Below are positions 19,469-29,220 of a stretch of 64,000 nucleotides of DNA, piece by piece (position 1 is the stretch's first letter; each line of letters starts with the position of its first letter). Origin of the DNA: Alphaproteobacteria bacterium (lineage in GTDB: Bacteria > Pseudomonadota > Alphaproteobacteria > JAOXRX01); NCBI GenBank assembly GCA_025800285.1, contig JAOXRX010000039.1:10006-74005 (forward strand). Direction: 5' to 3'. The notes beneath the pieces were generated by a model. The model was given only the letters and a program-made list of their open reading frames with translations, had not been told where the DNA came from and searched no databases. Position numbers and translations under genes: made by a program.

Positions 19469-19545
19469 GGCGAACTCGACAGGATTCGAACCTGTGACCT
19501 ACTGCTTAGAAGGCAGTTGCTCTATCCAGCTGAGCTACGAGTCCT
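19469..19545 (-). tRNA. tRNA-Arg (anticodon TCT)
   Basis: 77 nt cloverleaf folded by hand; anticodon loop cttctaa; CCA encoded; followed by a terminator hairpin. Confidence 0.85.
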
Positions 19546-19566
19546 CTTGCCGTTATTAGTTCAAAT

Positions 19567-19644
19567 GGTCGGGATAGCAGGATTCGAACCTACGACCCCT
19601 TGTACCCAAAACAAGTGCGCTAGCCAGACTGCGCCATATCCCGA
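19567..19644 (-). tRNA. tRNA-Pro (anticodon TGG)
   Basis: 78 nt cloverleaf; anticodon loop tttgggt; T-loop ttcgaat; CCA encoded. Confidence 0.8.
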
Positions 19645-19774
19645 TTGAACTGAGCATTTTATACACTCTTTTTTAAAAAAAATCAAGTCTTTTTTTATTT
19701 TTTTTAAAAAATATTTAAATTAACCATTTATTAACATAAAAAAATATATTCATTGATTATGTGTTAATAAATAG

Positions 19775-20491
19775 TTAATTAATTCCTTTATACATTTCCA
19801 TTAATGCTTTTTTTCTAGCTTGTAATTTAACAGGAGCTTTTTTCTCTTCCAGACTTACCTCATCATGACCCTGATTTTTATCTGAGAATTTATCTCTTAT
19901 ATACATCTCTGCTTTATATATATTACTATCTATAAAGTCAACTATATCTCTACTAGTCTCTCTAGGGCCATACATTAAAAAAGCCAACCCAGCCCCTAAA
20001 GAAGTTGTTGTAATAGATGTAAACCTTAAAGTCCTTCTAACACCCTCTTTGGCAAGCTCTATTTTACGAAGCTTTTTACCTCTTACCATATAATCTTCAG
20101 ACAATTTATCTTTTGATGTAACTTGAGCTGCAAAATCATGCAACTCTATATTTTTAACATTAGGATCCTTAACAGCAGATATAATTGCTTGATAACCACC
20201 TAAAATACTTCTATAGTAGCACTCTTTATTTCTTTTGTGTTTATAATACCTTCTTAGCACTATTTTCTTTGGTTTTAATAATGCTTTACCCAAAATAGAT
20301 TTTTTTCTATATTTAGATAAAAAATTAGCATATTTACCATGCCATTTCGTAGCAATTTCATTAGTATAAGCATATAAATAAAGATACTTCTCATCTATAG
20401 TACCATCAAATTTAGGTTTTAATCTTTTTCTAAAAAATAAATTAAGAGAACGAAAGCCTCTCCATGTTTTACCTATTACTTTACCTATCAT
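19775..20491 (-). CDS. hypothetical basic protein (238 aa)
   Basis: ORF only; K/R-rich; no family recognised. Confidence 0.4.
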   Translation of the reverse strand: MIGKVIGKTWRGFRSLNLFFRKRLKPKFDGTIDEKYLYLYAYTNEIATKWHGKYANFLSKYRKKSILGKALLKPKKIVLRRYYKHKRNKECYYRSILGGYQAIISAVKDPNVKNIELHDFAAQVTSKDKLSEDYMVRGKKLRKIELAKEGVRRTLRFTSITTTSLGAGLAFLMYGPRETSRDIVDFIDSNIYKAEMYIRDKFSDKNQGHDEVSLEEKKAPVKLQARKKALMEMYKGIN

Positions 20492-20652
20492 AAATCATCC
20501 TCTTAATATTGTTGAACCAAGTACTTTACATATCAAATATTATCATATATATTCTTTGAATGCAATATATTTATAATAATTATTCAATAAAATAAGAAAA
20601 AGCTTGACATAGTTATTTAAAAGATAGATAATGAAGTTACAGAACAAATATT

Positions 20653-21078
20653 TTGGGAGAAGATATTATGGATTATGTACAAAGAGACTCAAGAGAGGTT
20701 TGCAGTAGAGTTGAAGCCCACACTAATAACTTAGGAGGATTCCTGGATGCTTTTGCTGTACTTTACCTTGCATCTTTAAAAGCGATAGCTTATACAGCAA
20801 TATTTTATATTAAAAGGCCAAAAACTTTTTATCACCATGCGCTGTTTGCATCCACCTGTTTTTTAGGTTCACAATTTGCATCTAGTGGAGCGACAGATTT
20901 ATTGGCTGATAAATTTATAGAATACAAAAGATCTAAGTATGTTAAAAGCTGTTTAAAAACACCAGAAAACACAAACAAAAAAGATATTATAAAAAAATTT
21001 AGAGAAACAGTAAAAAAAGAAAATGCTTCAATAACAACAAAAAAACAAAGACCTACAAATTTAACAGCAAGCATTTAA
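20653..21078 (+). CDS. hypothetical protein (141 aa)
   Basis: ORF only; one hydrophobic segment; basic C-terminus. Confidence 0.35.
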   Translation: MGEDIMDYVQRDSREVCSRVEAHTNNLGGFLDAFAVLYLASLKAIAYTAIFYIKRPKTFYHHALFASTCFLGSQFASSGATDLLADKFIEYKRSKYVKSCLKTPENTNKKDIIKKFRETVKKENASITTKKQRPTNLTASI

Positions 21079-21162
21079 TATAATTAACATTACTCTATAG
21101 CAAAAAAAGAAGCTTTATATACATAAAAAGCTTCTTTTTTTTTATGACAAAACACACTTCAA

Positions 21163-22419
21163 TTAATCATTAGAAATATTTTTAAAAATATTTAAAACCC
21201 CCTTGACTCTACCATCATTAATTCTAGGTCTAGAGTCAATATTATTATCAACAGATGCAATATATTTAGGAATTACATTTACAATACTACTTTTTAATTT
21301 GTCTAAACCGCCCCACTTATCATACTTACTAATATTCACCCCTGAATAACCAAGACTTACATATAAATTATTTTCCCCATTAGTTTCTTTTATAAATAAA
21401 GAAGAGCTTTTAACATTAGACCTCTTATTATAAGAATTATACATAACAACATTATCTATAACAGGAAGACCTCTAGTATCATTGTATAAATTCAAAGTTT
21501 CCTTTAAGAAAAATGGATAAAGATCTTTTGGATTTACAACACTCAATGCTTCATCAATATCATCTATAGCCTTAAAATATTTTTCATTAAATGGATCGTA
21601 TAATTCTAAATTAATCATATTAATATTAGCTAACATCTCTTTACTTTGCCTTGAATCTATAGAACTTTTTTTAACCAATATAGAAAAGTCTTTCCACATA
21701 GGACTTTCAAAATAAGATTTCAAAAACCCCCTACCATTATCATTACGATCAGACTGGAAAGCATCTAAGGGACTAACTTTTACCTCCTCAAAATATATAA
21801 TTAATGTTTTATCTTTAAGATTTGATACAATCCTATTTAAACCAGACACAGCATCATTTACTTCTTTCTTTGATAACGCATCCATTTCAGTTTTTGAAAC
21901 GGTTTCCATATACTCTTCATAATTAAAAAATACTTTTGGCAAATTAGTTTTATTTTTTATACCAATCCCTGTTGTTACTAACCAGCCTGAAAGAGCCCCT
22001 CCCAAAACCAAACAAGTTGTATTTTTTAACCAATTCTTAACACTATTTAAAGCTTTGTCCCCATCTTTTCTATCACCAAGCATTTTAGAGTATATAGAAT
22101 TTCTATGCTTTTTGAATCTTTTCAAAAAGATTCTCAAAGAATTACTTCTGTCTTTCCCCTGTTCTAAATCCTTAATTAAAATATTCTCTATACAACTATT
22201 GGTTTTTCTGACATGATCACAAGTATCTTTAAAACAATCAAAAGAAATCTGATTACCGCACTTAAAAACATCTTCAATATTATAAAGATTAACTATATCC
22301 TCTGTTTTTAAGACCTCCGCCTTGTTTAAAGTTTTGTTTACAGATTGCACTTTAAAGTTAGAAATCGACATATTACCCCCTTTAAAAATCATTTTTTTAC
22401 TTTTATAAGTATAACACAC
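21163..22419 (-). CDS. hypothetical protein (418 aa) with one predicted TM helix
   Basis: ORF only; sits next to the large membrane protein; no family recognised. Confidence 0.45.
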   Translation of the reverse strand: MCYTYKSKKMIFKGGNMSISNFKVQSVNKTLNKAEVLKTEDIVNLYNIEDVFKCGNQISFDCFKDTCDHVRKTNSCIENILIKDLEQGKDRSNSLRIFLKRFKKHRNSIYSKMLGDRKDGDKALNSVKNWLKNTTCLVLGGALSGWLVTTGIGIKNKTNLPKVFFNYEEYMETVSKTEMDALSKKEVNDAVSGLNRIVSNLKDKTLIIYFEEVKVSPLDAFQSDRNDNGRGFLKSYFESPMWKDFSILVKKSSIDSRQSKEMLANINMINLELYDPFNEKYFKAIDDIDEALSVVNPKDLYPFFLKETLNLYNDTRGLPVIDNVVMYNSYNKRSNVKSSSLFIKETNGENNLYVSLGYSGVNISKYDKWGGLDKLKSSIVNVIPKYIASVDNNIDSRPRINDGRVKGVLNIFKNISND

Positions 22420-22528
22420 GGAAAAACTAATTTCAAGCGCAAATTAAAATAATAAAAAAAACCTTGCAAATTAAAATACATAAGTGCTATGATTTAAAAA
22501 AATAATATTTTCAGGAGAATAATTACAA

Positions 22529-25500
22529 ATGCTATCAAGTAAGAAAAAGACAAGATTTACTAAAAAGAAAATATCTAAAAAAATATTTATGCCAGAGTTT
22601 AACCGAAGCTTTTTACCTATAAAAATATCTATAGACTCTTTTGTTAGATTAATAGCAGGGATTTTCTCTCATGCGGGTTTATTAGACGAGGAAGATGATT
22701 TATTTAACACAAACCAATTATTAACATTTTCTGATTTTGGAGAAATGATTTTTGTTTCAGCAAAAAATATTAACTGGAGGAGTAAGAAATCAATACCACA
22801 AATTTGCTTATGGTTATCTTCAATTGCCTTAGTTATTTTTGTTTTATCAACACTACTTATCTTACTGTTTTCTTTAGCTACAGGAACTGCTAATGCAGCA
22901 TTAGCAATGGCTCAAGAAAACACAGGGGAGGATGTTAGCTCTTTATTTACATTAACTGAAGAGGTTGCTAAACATGAACATGGAACAACATGGTTAAACT
23001 GGATGTTTAATTTAGCTGGAGAATATAAACCTGCTGTGTTTGGTGAGGGAGGAACTGCTGCCAAACCAGGTATTGCCTTAGGATTTCAATCTATGCTTAC
23101 ATATTATAGTTCTACTTGTTTAATATTAGGCTCTATAATGGTTTCTTATTTATTTGTTGACAATATTGTTGACACAGCATCAACAGGTAAATTCATGGGG
23201 CAAGGCGATGAAGTATGGGCATATCCTAGAATACTAATAGCTATGTGTTTATTAGTACCTCTACCTAATGGCTCTGGTTTAAATATAGGTCAAAATCTTA
23301 TTATATCAATTTCTAAAGCGGGGTCAATTTTTGCAACAAATACATGGTTAGCTTTTCTAAAAAACTTAGGTGGCGAAGAAGGTAATGATTTAATATCTCC
23401 TGAAAGCTTTGATTTAGATAGTTTATCAAAAAATATGTTTGATTCATTTGTTTGTTATTGGGGAACTGCTATAGGTAATAAACTTCAAATTACTGACAAT
23501 AAAGATGGTATACCTCCTCATAAAACAAATGAGATAAAAAAAGAAAAAAGTGAATTATCAAAAGAAATACAATCCTTAAATGGTAAAATTGGCGGCGACT
23601 GTGAAATAGTTCCTTATAATAATGGGAAAATATCATCTTATTGGTATAAAGGAGATTGGAATGATTATACAAAAGAAGCTAGAAAAGAAGAATGTGAAGA
23701 TGATTTTTCGGATCCTAATGATTTCAGAATTACAGAACTTAAAGATATAATAAAGAAGGCAGACAACATTGGGTCAAAAGAATTAATGTTAGAACAAATG
23801 TATGGAGGACTAGAAAACCCAACTTCGATTAAGATTACAAAAGCTTCAAAAGCAGATTCTTTATCTTATGACTTTAATCTTGGTTCAGGTAGCAATGCTA
23901 TTACAATGGCTGGAGCTTGTGGTTCTTATGGACCTGCATTTTTCCAACAAGAATTTGAAGAAAAAGATGCAACTAGAGATTGCATATCAGAGAATCCTCA
24001 TGACTTAAACAACTTAATAACTTGTACGGAAGCAAAAATGCAAGCTAATGTAAAAAAAGGATTTTTAGCAGCTTTAAACAAAGAAAATGTTTTTGGATTT
24101 ATATCTGACACTTCTGAAGAAGCTGCGACATCACAATTTCAAATACCTAGTGTCCCTAAAGGAGGTATTGATGCTTATGTTGTAAACAAATCTGTAAAAT
24201 TAATTTCTGAGAAAAATTTTAAAAATGAAAAGTATAAAAAAGCCATAAAAGCAGCAAAAATAACTCCCCCTACACCAAACAGTTTATCAAGTTATGCTTA
24301 TGATTTTGTCCTTGCATCTTTATACTCAGATAAAAGTGGTAAAAATTTTATACCAAAAGGAATTGAACCTCTTAATTATAAAAACTTTGAAGACTCTTTA
24401 GATCTTATTAAAGATAATACTATATCTCTTCAGTCAGAAGAATATGGAAAACGCTTTAGTGAAAATATGGCTCCATACTTTAAAATAGCCAACGAATCTT
24501 TTAGAGATTTAAATTCTCATCTATTTGGTAATGCCAAAGAAAACAAAAAACCTGCAGAAACCGATATAGCTAATCAGATGCAAAAAGGATGGATAGCAGC
24601 TGGGGCTTTTTATTCTCTATTATCTCAAATAAACGGATTAGGTATAAAAGCAACAAGTGCAAGCTATGCTTACTCTTCCCCTATCTCATCTTTTACAGGT
24701 AGTCGTTCTATAAAAATAGATACATATTCATCTGATAAGATGACTGGATTCATACCTTATCTTGACTATATATTAACAAAAAAAGATCTTATTATTGGCA
24801 ATATAGAGAAAAAAACAACAGGAATAAGCTCAACAGATGAAAGCTCCAGCATGGGATCAAATGTTGCCATGTTAGCTGACATAATGAATACTGCTACTGG
24901 TTTAGCAGGAGCTAGTATTACAAATATAAATGGCGCTAATCCCTTCGCAGACTTAGTTAACCTTGGGCATTTATTAATAAATACAGCAACCTATACTAAA
25001 ATTTTAACTACCATGAAAGCTGAAACATATAAATCTATAGGTAACCTTCTTGCTAAAATTGGTGGAGCAATACCATATGGAGCTGGTATTGGCTCAGTAT
25101 TAGCATCTAAAATACCTAGCTATAAAGGGGAAATCATAAAGCAATTGGCTATACCTTTAAACATATTTCAAGGTATGATATTTAGTTTTGGTATAACTCT
25201 AGCCTATTATTTACCTTTGGTTCCTTTTATAAAGTTTATAATGGGAGGTATAGGATGGTTCGCTGCTGTCTTCCAAGCAGTAATTGGAACTCCTTTACTT
25301 TTATTAGGACATATAACTGTAAAAAAAGGTAGCATGATACTTGGACCAGACAGAGGTAAATACATGATGATTCTTGAAATATTCTTAAGGCCTGTTTTAA
25401 TGGTATTTGGCATGATAGGATCAATGCTACTACTATCTGTTGCAACATATATATTTAATGACTTATATAACTTTGCTTGGGGTGTTAGAAGCATGAATAG

Positions 25501-26068
25501 TGTTTGGGGAGGGTCAATACTATCTTTTGCCTCATATTTTAAAGGTCTAGCATATATAAGTATATATGTAACTACAATATACACTATAGCTACAAACTGC
25601 TTCAAACTTATAGATGATGTACCAGGTAAAGTCATAAGTTGGATGGGTGGCGGAGCCGGATATTCATTGAGCGGTGCTGAAGATGCTGTAGAACAAGGCG
25701 CTGGAAGTGCTGGTAAGTTCATAGAAAAAAGTATTGATGCATCAAGACAAAAATCATTAGATGATGAACAAACTAATAAGAAAAAGAATATTGCAAGAGA
25801 TGACAGAATTAAAGATACTATTGTAAAACATGGATCCGAAAAAGGAAATATGTTAGCCGATATGGAAGAAGGGAAATACGATGCAAATAAAGGTGAGTAT
25901 GTTGACATGTCAGATCAAGAGAAAAAAGAAGCTAAACAAAGGCTTGAAGATCATAGATCTGGTGGCGACCCTTATGGTATTAGAGCTAAAGAAAACGCTT
26001 CTACTTCCTCAACTGGGTTGAATCAGGACGGTAATATGAATATTGAGCCTCCTAAAAAAGACTCTTAA
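22529..26068 (+). CDS. large polytopic inner-membrane protein, possibly T4SS-associated (VirB6/TrbL-like or DotA/TraY-like architecture)
   Basis: 1179 aa; N-terminal TM helices, roughly 500 aa hydrophilic middle domain, C-terminal cluster of 5-6 TM helices (residues ~830-1010), charged tail; family call is by architecture only. Confidence 0.4.
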   Translation: MLSSKKKTRFTKKKISKKIFMPEFNRSFLPIKISIDSFVRLIAGIFSHAGLLDEEDDLFNTNQLLTFSDFGEMIFVSAKNINWRSKKSIPQICLWLSSIALVIFVLSTLLILLFSLATGTANAALAMAQENTGEDVSSLFTLTEEVAKHEHGTTWLNWMFNLAGEYKPAVFGEGGTAAKPGIALGFQSMLTYYSSTCLILGSIMVSYLFVDNIVDTASTGKFMGQGDEVWAYPRILIAMCLLVPLPNGSGLNIGQNLIISISKAGSIFATNTWLAFLKNLGGEEGNDLISPESFDLDSLSKNMFDSFVCYWGTAIGNKLQITDNKDGIPPHKTNEIKKEKSELSKEIQSLNGKIGGDCEIVPYNNGKISSYWYKGDWNDYTKEARKEECEDDFSDPNDFRITELKDIIKKADNIGSKELMLEQMYGGLENPTSIKITKASKADSLSYDFNLGSGSNAITMAGACGSYGPAFFQQEFEEKDATRDCISENPHDLNNLITCTEAKMQANVKKGFLAALNKENVFGFISDTSEEAATSQFQIPSVPKGGIDAYVVNKSVKLISEKNFKNEKYKKAIKAAKITPPTPNSLSSYAYDFVLASLYSDKSGKNFIPKGIEPLNYKNFEDSLDLIKDNTISLQSEEYGKRFSENMAPYFKIANESFRDLNSHLFGNAKENKKPAETDIANQMQKGWIAAGAFYSLLSQINGLGIKATSASYAYSSPISSFTGSRSIKIDTYSSDKMTGFIPYLDYILTKKDLIIGNIEKKTTGISSTDESSSMGSNVAMLADIMNTATGLAGASITNINGANPFADLVNLGHLLINTATYTKILTTMKAETYKSIGNLLAKIGGAIPYGAGIGSVLASKIPSYKGEIIKQLAIPLNIFQGMIFSFGITLAYYLPLVPFIKFIMGGIGWFAAVFQAVIGTPLLLLGHITVKKGSMILGPDRGKYMMILEIFLRPVLMVFGMIGSMLLLSVATYIFNDLYNFAWGVRSMNSVWGGSILSFASYFKGLAYISIYVTTIYTIATNCFKLIDDVPGKVISWMGGGAGYSLSGAEDAVEQGAGSAGKFIEKSIDASRQKSLDDEQTNKKKNIARDDRIKDTIVKHGSEKGNMLADMEEGKYDANKGEYVDMSDQEKKEAKQRLEDHRSGGDPYGIRAKENASTSSTGLNQDGNMNIEPPKKDS

Positions 26069-26087
26069 AGTTTGAAGCTAAAGCAAA

Positions 26088-26121
26088 AAAACAACCTCGT
26101 TAATTCAAGGTTGTTTTTTTA
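26088..26121 (+). terminator. rho-independent terminator after the 1179-aa membrane protein gene
   Basis: hairpin acaacct-cgttaattca-aggttgt followed by a T7 tract. Confidence 0.8.
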
Positions 26122-26250
26122 TGCTTATTAATATATAATCATCACCAAATCAATTCATTATTATTTCTTTAGTTTATTAAAAAATAATTAATTTTAATAT
26201 ACTTATTTAAATAAAATAATATATAGAACAATTAATAAAAGGTTAACGGA

Positions 26251-27375
26251 ATGAGCTTATCAAAAAAAAATATAAATATAAAAACAGGGATTTATATCCA
26301 CTACCCTTTTTGTTTATCAAAATGTTCTTATTGTGATTTTAACTCTATTGCAAACAAAAACATCGATCAAGACAAAGTTTTAGATGCATTCTTCAGAGAT
26401 TTAGACTATTACAAAAGTCTCGTCGGCGACAGACAAATATCTACAATTTATTTCGGAGGAGGAACCCCCTCTTTAATGTCTCCGCAAATGGTGAAAAAGA
26501 TAATTGATTATATAAAAGAACATTTCTCTTTATTAGACAATGCAGAAATAACTATAGAGGCAAATCCTCTTACGGCAGAGATAAAGAAATTTAAAGCATT
26601 TAAAACCGCTGGAATAAATAGAATCTCTATAGGAGCTCAATCTTTCTCTCAAAAAGGCTTAAAAGCTTTAGGAAGAACTCATAGTGTAAAACAAACCAAA
26701 AAAGCTTTAAAAGTTGCTAAAAAAGTATTTAACCGAAGCTCTTTTGATTTAATATATGGCTGGAAGGGTCAAACTCTTGCAGATTGGAAAAAGGATTTAA
26801 AAACAGCTCTAAAATATCATAATGGGCACATATCTATGTATCAACTAACAATATATGAAGGAACTGCTCTATATAAAAATGGAGAAAAGGAAATAGATGA
26901 AGATACATCCCTACTCTTTCAAGAAACCGCAAAATGCATTTTATCAAAACAAGGAATAAATCAATATGAGATTTCAAATTATTCTAAAACAAGCGAAGAA
27001 TCTCGACACAATTTACTATATTGGCACTATGATGATTATATTGGCATAGGAGCTGGAGCTAGTGGCAGATTAACTATAAATGGAAAAAAGAAAGCTTTTA
27101 TAAATGAACCTAACATTAAAAATTGGCTGAAAAAGAACTCCCCAGATATAGAAACAATAAATGATAAAGAGAAAGCTTATGAATATTTAATTATGGGATT
27201 GCGATTGAACAAAGGTATTTGTTTGAAAGATTTTCAAGCGAAAACTAGCATCGATATAAAAAAAATGATTGCTGATAAAAATTTAAATGATTTTTTAAAA
27301 ATAAATAAAGGTTACCTTTTTGCAACAAAAAAAGGCAGAGACTGTTTAAACCTTTTACTACAGAAGTTATTTTAA
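26251..27375 (+). CDS. hemW: radical SAM heme chaperone HemW (coproporphyrinogen III oxidase-like)
   Basis: YIHYPFCLSKCSYCDF radical-SAM Cys cluster; HemW/HemN-like length and layout. Confidence 0.85.
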   Translation: MSLSKKNINIKTGIYIHYPFCLSKCSYCDFNSIANKNIDQDKVLDAFFRDLDYYKSLVGDRQISTIYFGGGTPSLMSPQMVKKIIDYIKEHFSLLDNAEITIEANPLTAEIKKFKAFKTAGINRISIGAQSFSQKGLKALGRTHSVKQTKKALKVAKKVFNRSSFDLIYGWKGQTLADWKKDLKTALKYHNGHISMYQLTIYEGTALYKNGEKEIDEDTSLLFQETAKCILSKQGINQYEISNYSKTSEESRHNLLYWHYDDYIGIGAGASGRLTINGKKKAFINEPNIKNWLKKNSPDIETINDKEKAYEYLIMGLRLNKGICLKDFQAKTSIDIKKMIADKNLNDFLKINKGYLFATKKGRDCLNLLLQKLF

Positions 27376-27439
27376 AAATAAGTTTACTTTTAAACTATAA
27401 AATGCTAATCTTTCTCCATTATAAAGAAAGAGGGAAACC

Positions 27440-28240
27440 ATGAAAAAGTTATTAATTACAACATTAGCTATATTAATATCTGCTAGTGCAAATGCGGCAA
27501 CAAATAAAGGCAAAGTAATAGCGACAGTTAATGGAGAAAACATCTATGAATATTCTGTTGAAGCTGTTTACAAGACAATCCCTGAGGATAATATAAAATC
27601 TCTTGGTGGTAAAGAAAAGGTTACTAATGCCATAATAAATCAGTTAGTTTCAGCTGAAGCTCTTAAACAAGAGGCTCTAAAATCAGGAATTGAAAAAAAC
27701 GAATCGTTCAAAGAGATTCTTAAAATTGAAAGAGAAAGATTAATTCAAGAAGAGTTCTTAAGACAAGAAGTAGAAAAAGCAATTACAGAAAAACAAATCA
27801 AAGAAGTTTATGATGAAGCAGTTAAAGAGTTCTCTCCTGAAAAAGAATACTTAGTATTTAACATACTTAGCAAAACAGAAGAAGATGCTAAAAATATTAT
27901 AAAAGAGCTAGAATCTGGTGCAGATTTTTCAGAATTAGCAATTAAGAAATCTCAAACATCAAATGTTAAAGAAACAAAGGGATCTCTAGGATATATAAAG
28001 TCTAGCGATTTAATTGATAACATTGCGAAAGAAATAAAGTCTATAAAAGAAGGAGAGTTTTCTGTAGCTCCTGTAAAATCTCCATTTGGATGGAATGTTT
28101 TTCATGTTAAAGAAAGCAGAATGGAAAAAGCTCCAACATTTGAGGAGTCTAAGTCAACAATAAGACAATCTCTATACAAAGAAAAAATGCTAGAGATAGT
28201 TAAAGAGCTTAAAAATAAAGCAGAAGTTATATATAAATAA
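27440..28240 (+). CDS. periplasmic parvulin-type peptidyl-prolyl cis-trans isomerase (SurA/PpiC family)
   Basis: signal peptide; C-terminal parvulin domain GSLGYIKSSDL ... FGWNVFHV. Confidence 0.75.
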   Translation: MKKLLITTLAILISASANAATNKGKVIATVNGENIYEYSVEAVYKTIPEDNIKSLGGKEKVTNAIINQLVSAEALKQEALKSGIEKNESFKEILKIERERLIQEEFLRQEVEKAITEKQIKEVYDEAVKEFSPEKEYLVFNILSKTEEDAKNIIKELESGADFSELAIKKSQTSNVKETKGSLGYIKSSDLIDNIAKEIKSIKEGEFSVAPVKSPFGWNVFHVKESRMEKAPTFEESKSTIRQSLYKEKMLEIVKELKNKAEVIYK

Positions 28241-28306
28241 TATTGACTTTTACAGTAATTAGATAGATAATGAATTCTATATAAAAAAGAAAAGGAAGAA
28301 ATTATT

Positions 28307-29200
28307 ATGCCAAAAAGATGTGGTTTTGTAGCTTTGATCGGTAGCCCTAATGCGGGTAAATCAACACTATTAAATAGATATGTTGGTTCTAAGATATCTA
28401 TTGTAAGCCAAAAGGTTCAAACAACTAGAAGTAAAATTACAGGAATTACAATACATAATAAAACTCAGTTAATATTTATTGATACCCCTGGTATTTTTGC
28501 TCCTAAAAAAAGATTAGATAAAGCTATGGTTTCTGCAGCATGGCAAGGAGCTGACAATGCAGATTGCATCTTATTTTTAGTAGATGCTTCGTCAGGAATT
28601 AATGATGATGTTATTGCTATCGTTGAGAATCTAAAAAAATGTGATAAACAAGCTATTTTGGTTTTGAATAAAGTTGATAAAATTGATCCAAAAATATTAT
28701 TAGGGCTAGCTCAAAATCTATCAGCATATGGTGTATTTTCTGATGTATTTATGATTTCTGCAAAAACAGGTAGTGGTACAGATGATTTACTAAATTTATT
28801 AGCTGAAAAAATGCCAAAAGGAACTTGGTTATATCCTGATGATCACTTATCAGATATGCCATTAAGATTCCTTACATCTGAGATAACAAGAGAAAAGATA
28901 CTAGAATCGGTTCATGATGAAATCCCTTACAAACTTACTGTAGAAACAGAGAAATGGGAAGAAATGAAAAATGGATCTGTAAAGATACACCAGATTATAT
29001 TTGTTCAAACAAATAGCCATAAAGCAATACTACTTGGTGAAGGTGGTAAAAAGATAAAGCATATTGGTATAAAATCAAGACAAGATATTTCAAACCTAAT
29101 TAGCAAAGATGTTCACTTGAAACTATTTGTTAAGGTTAGAAAAAAGTGGCAAGACAACCCTGAAAGATACAGGAATCTTGGTTTAGAGTTTCATAGTTAA
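28307..29200 (+). CDS. era: GTPase Era
   Basis: GSPNAGKSTLLN, DTPG, NKVD motifs and a C-terminal KH domain. Confidence 0.95.
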   Translation: MPKRCGFVALIGSPNAGKSTLLNRYVGSKISIVSQKVQTTRSKITGITIHNKTQLIFIDTPGIFAPKKRLDKAMVSAAWQGADNADCILFLVDASSGINDDVIAIVENLKKCDKQAILVLNKVDKIDPKILLGLAQNLSAYGVFSDVFMISAKTGSGTDDLLNLLAEKMPKGTWLYPDDHLSDMPLRFLTSEITREKILESVHDEIPYKLTVETEKWEEMKNGSVKIHQIIFVQTNSHKAILLGEGGKKIKHIGIKSRQDISNLISKDVHLKLFVKVRKKWQDNPERYRNLGLEFHS

Positions 29201-29220
29201 AAAACAGAGGAGGAAAAACA

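Larger units (their letters stand above)
15483..19545 (-). mobile_element. degenerate genomic islet integrated at the 3' end of tRNA-Arg(TCT); carries R-M, KTSC and HNH genes, no integrase
   Basis: intact tRNA at one end and a 54-nt direct repeat of its 3' end at the other; all five cargo genes co-oriented. Confidence 0.7.

Noticed and set aside
25207-25908. 233-aa and 70-aa minus-strand ORFs
   Set aside because: Fully embedded antisense to the TM-rich C-terminal region of the 1179-aa membrane protein gene. No independent signals.
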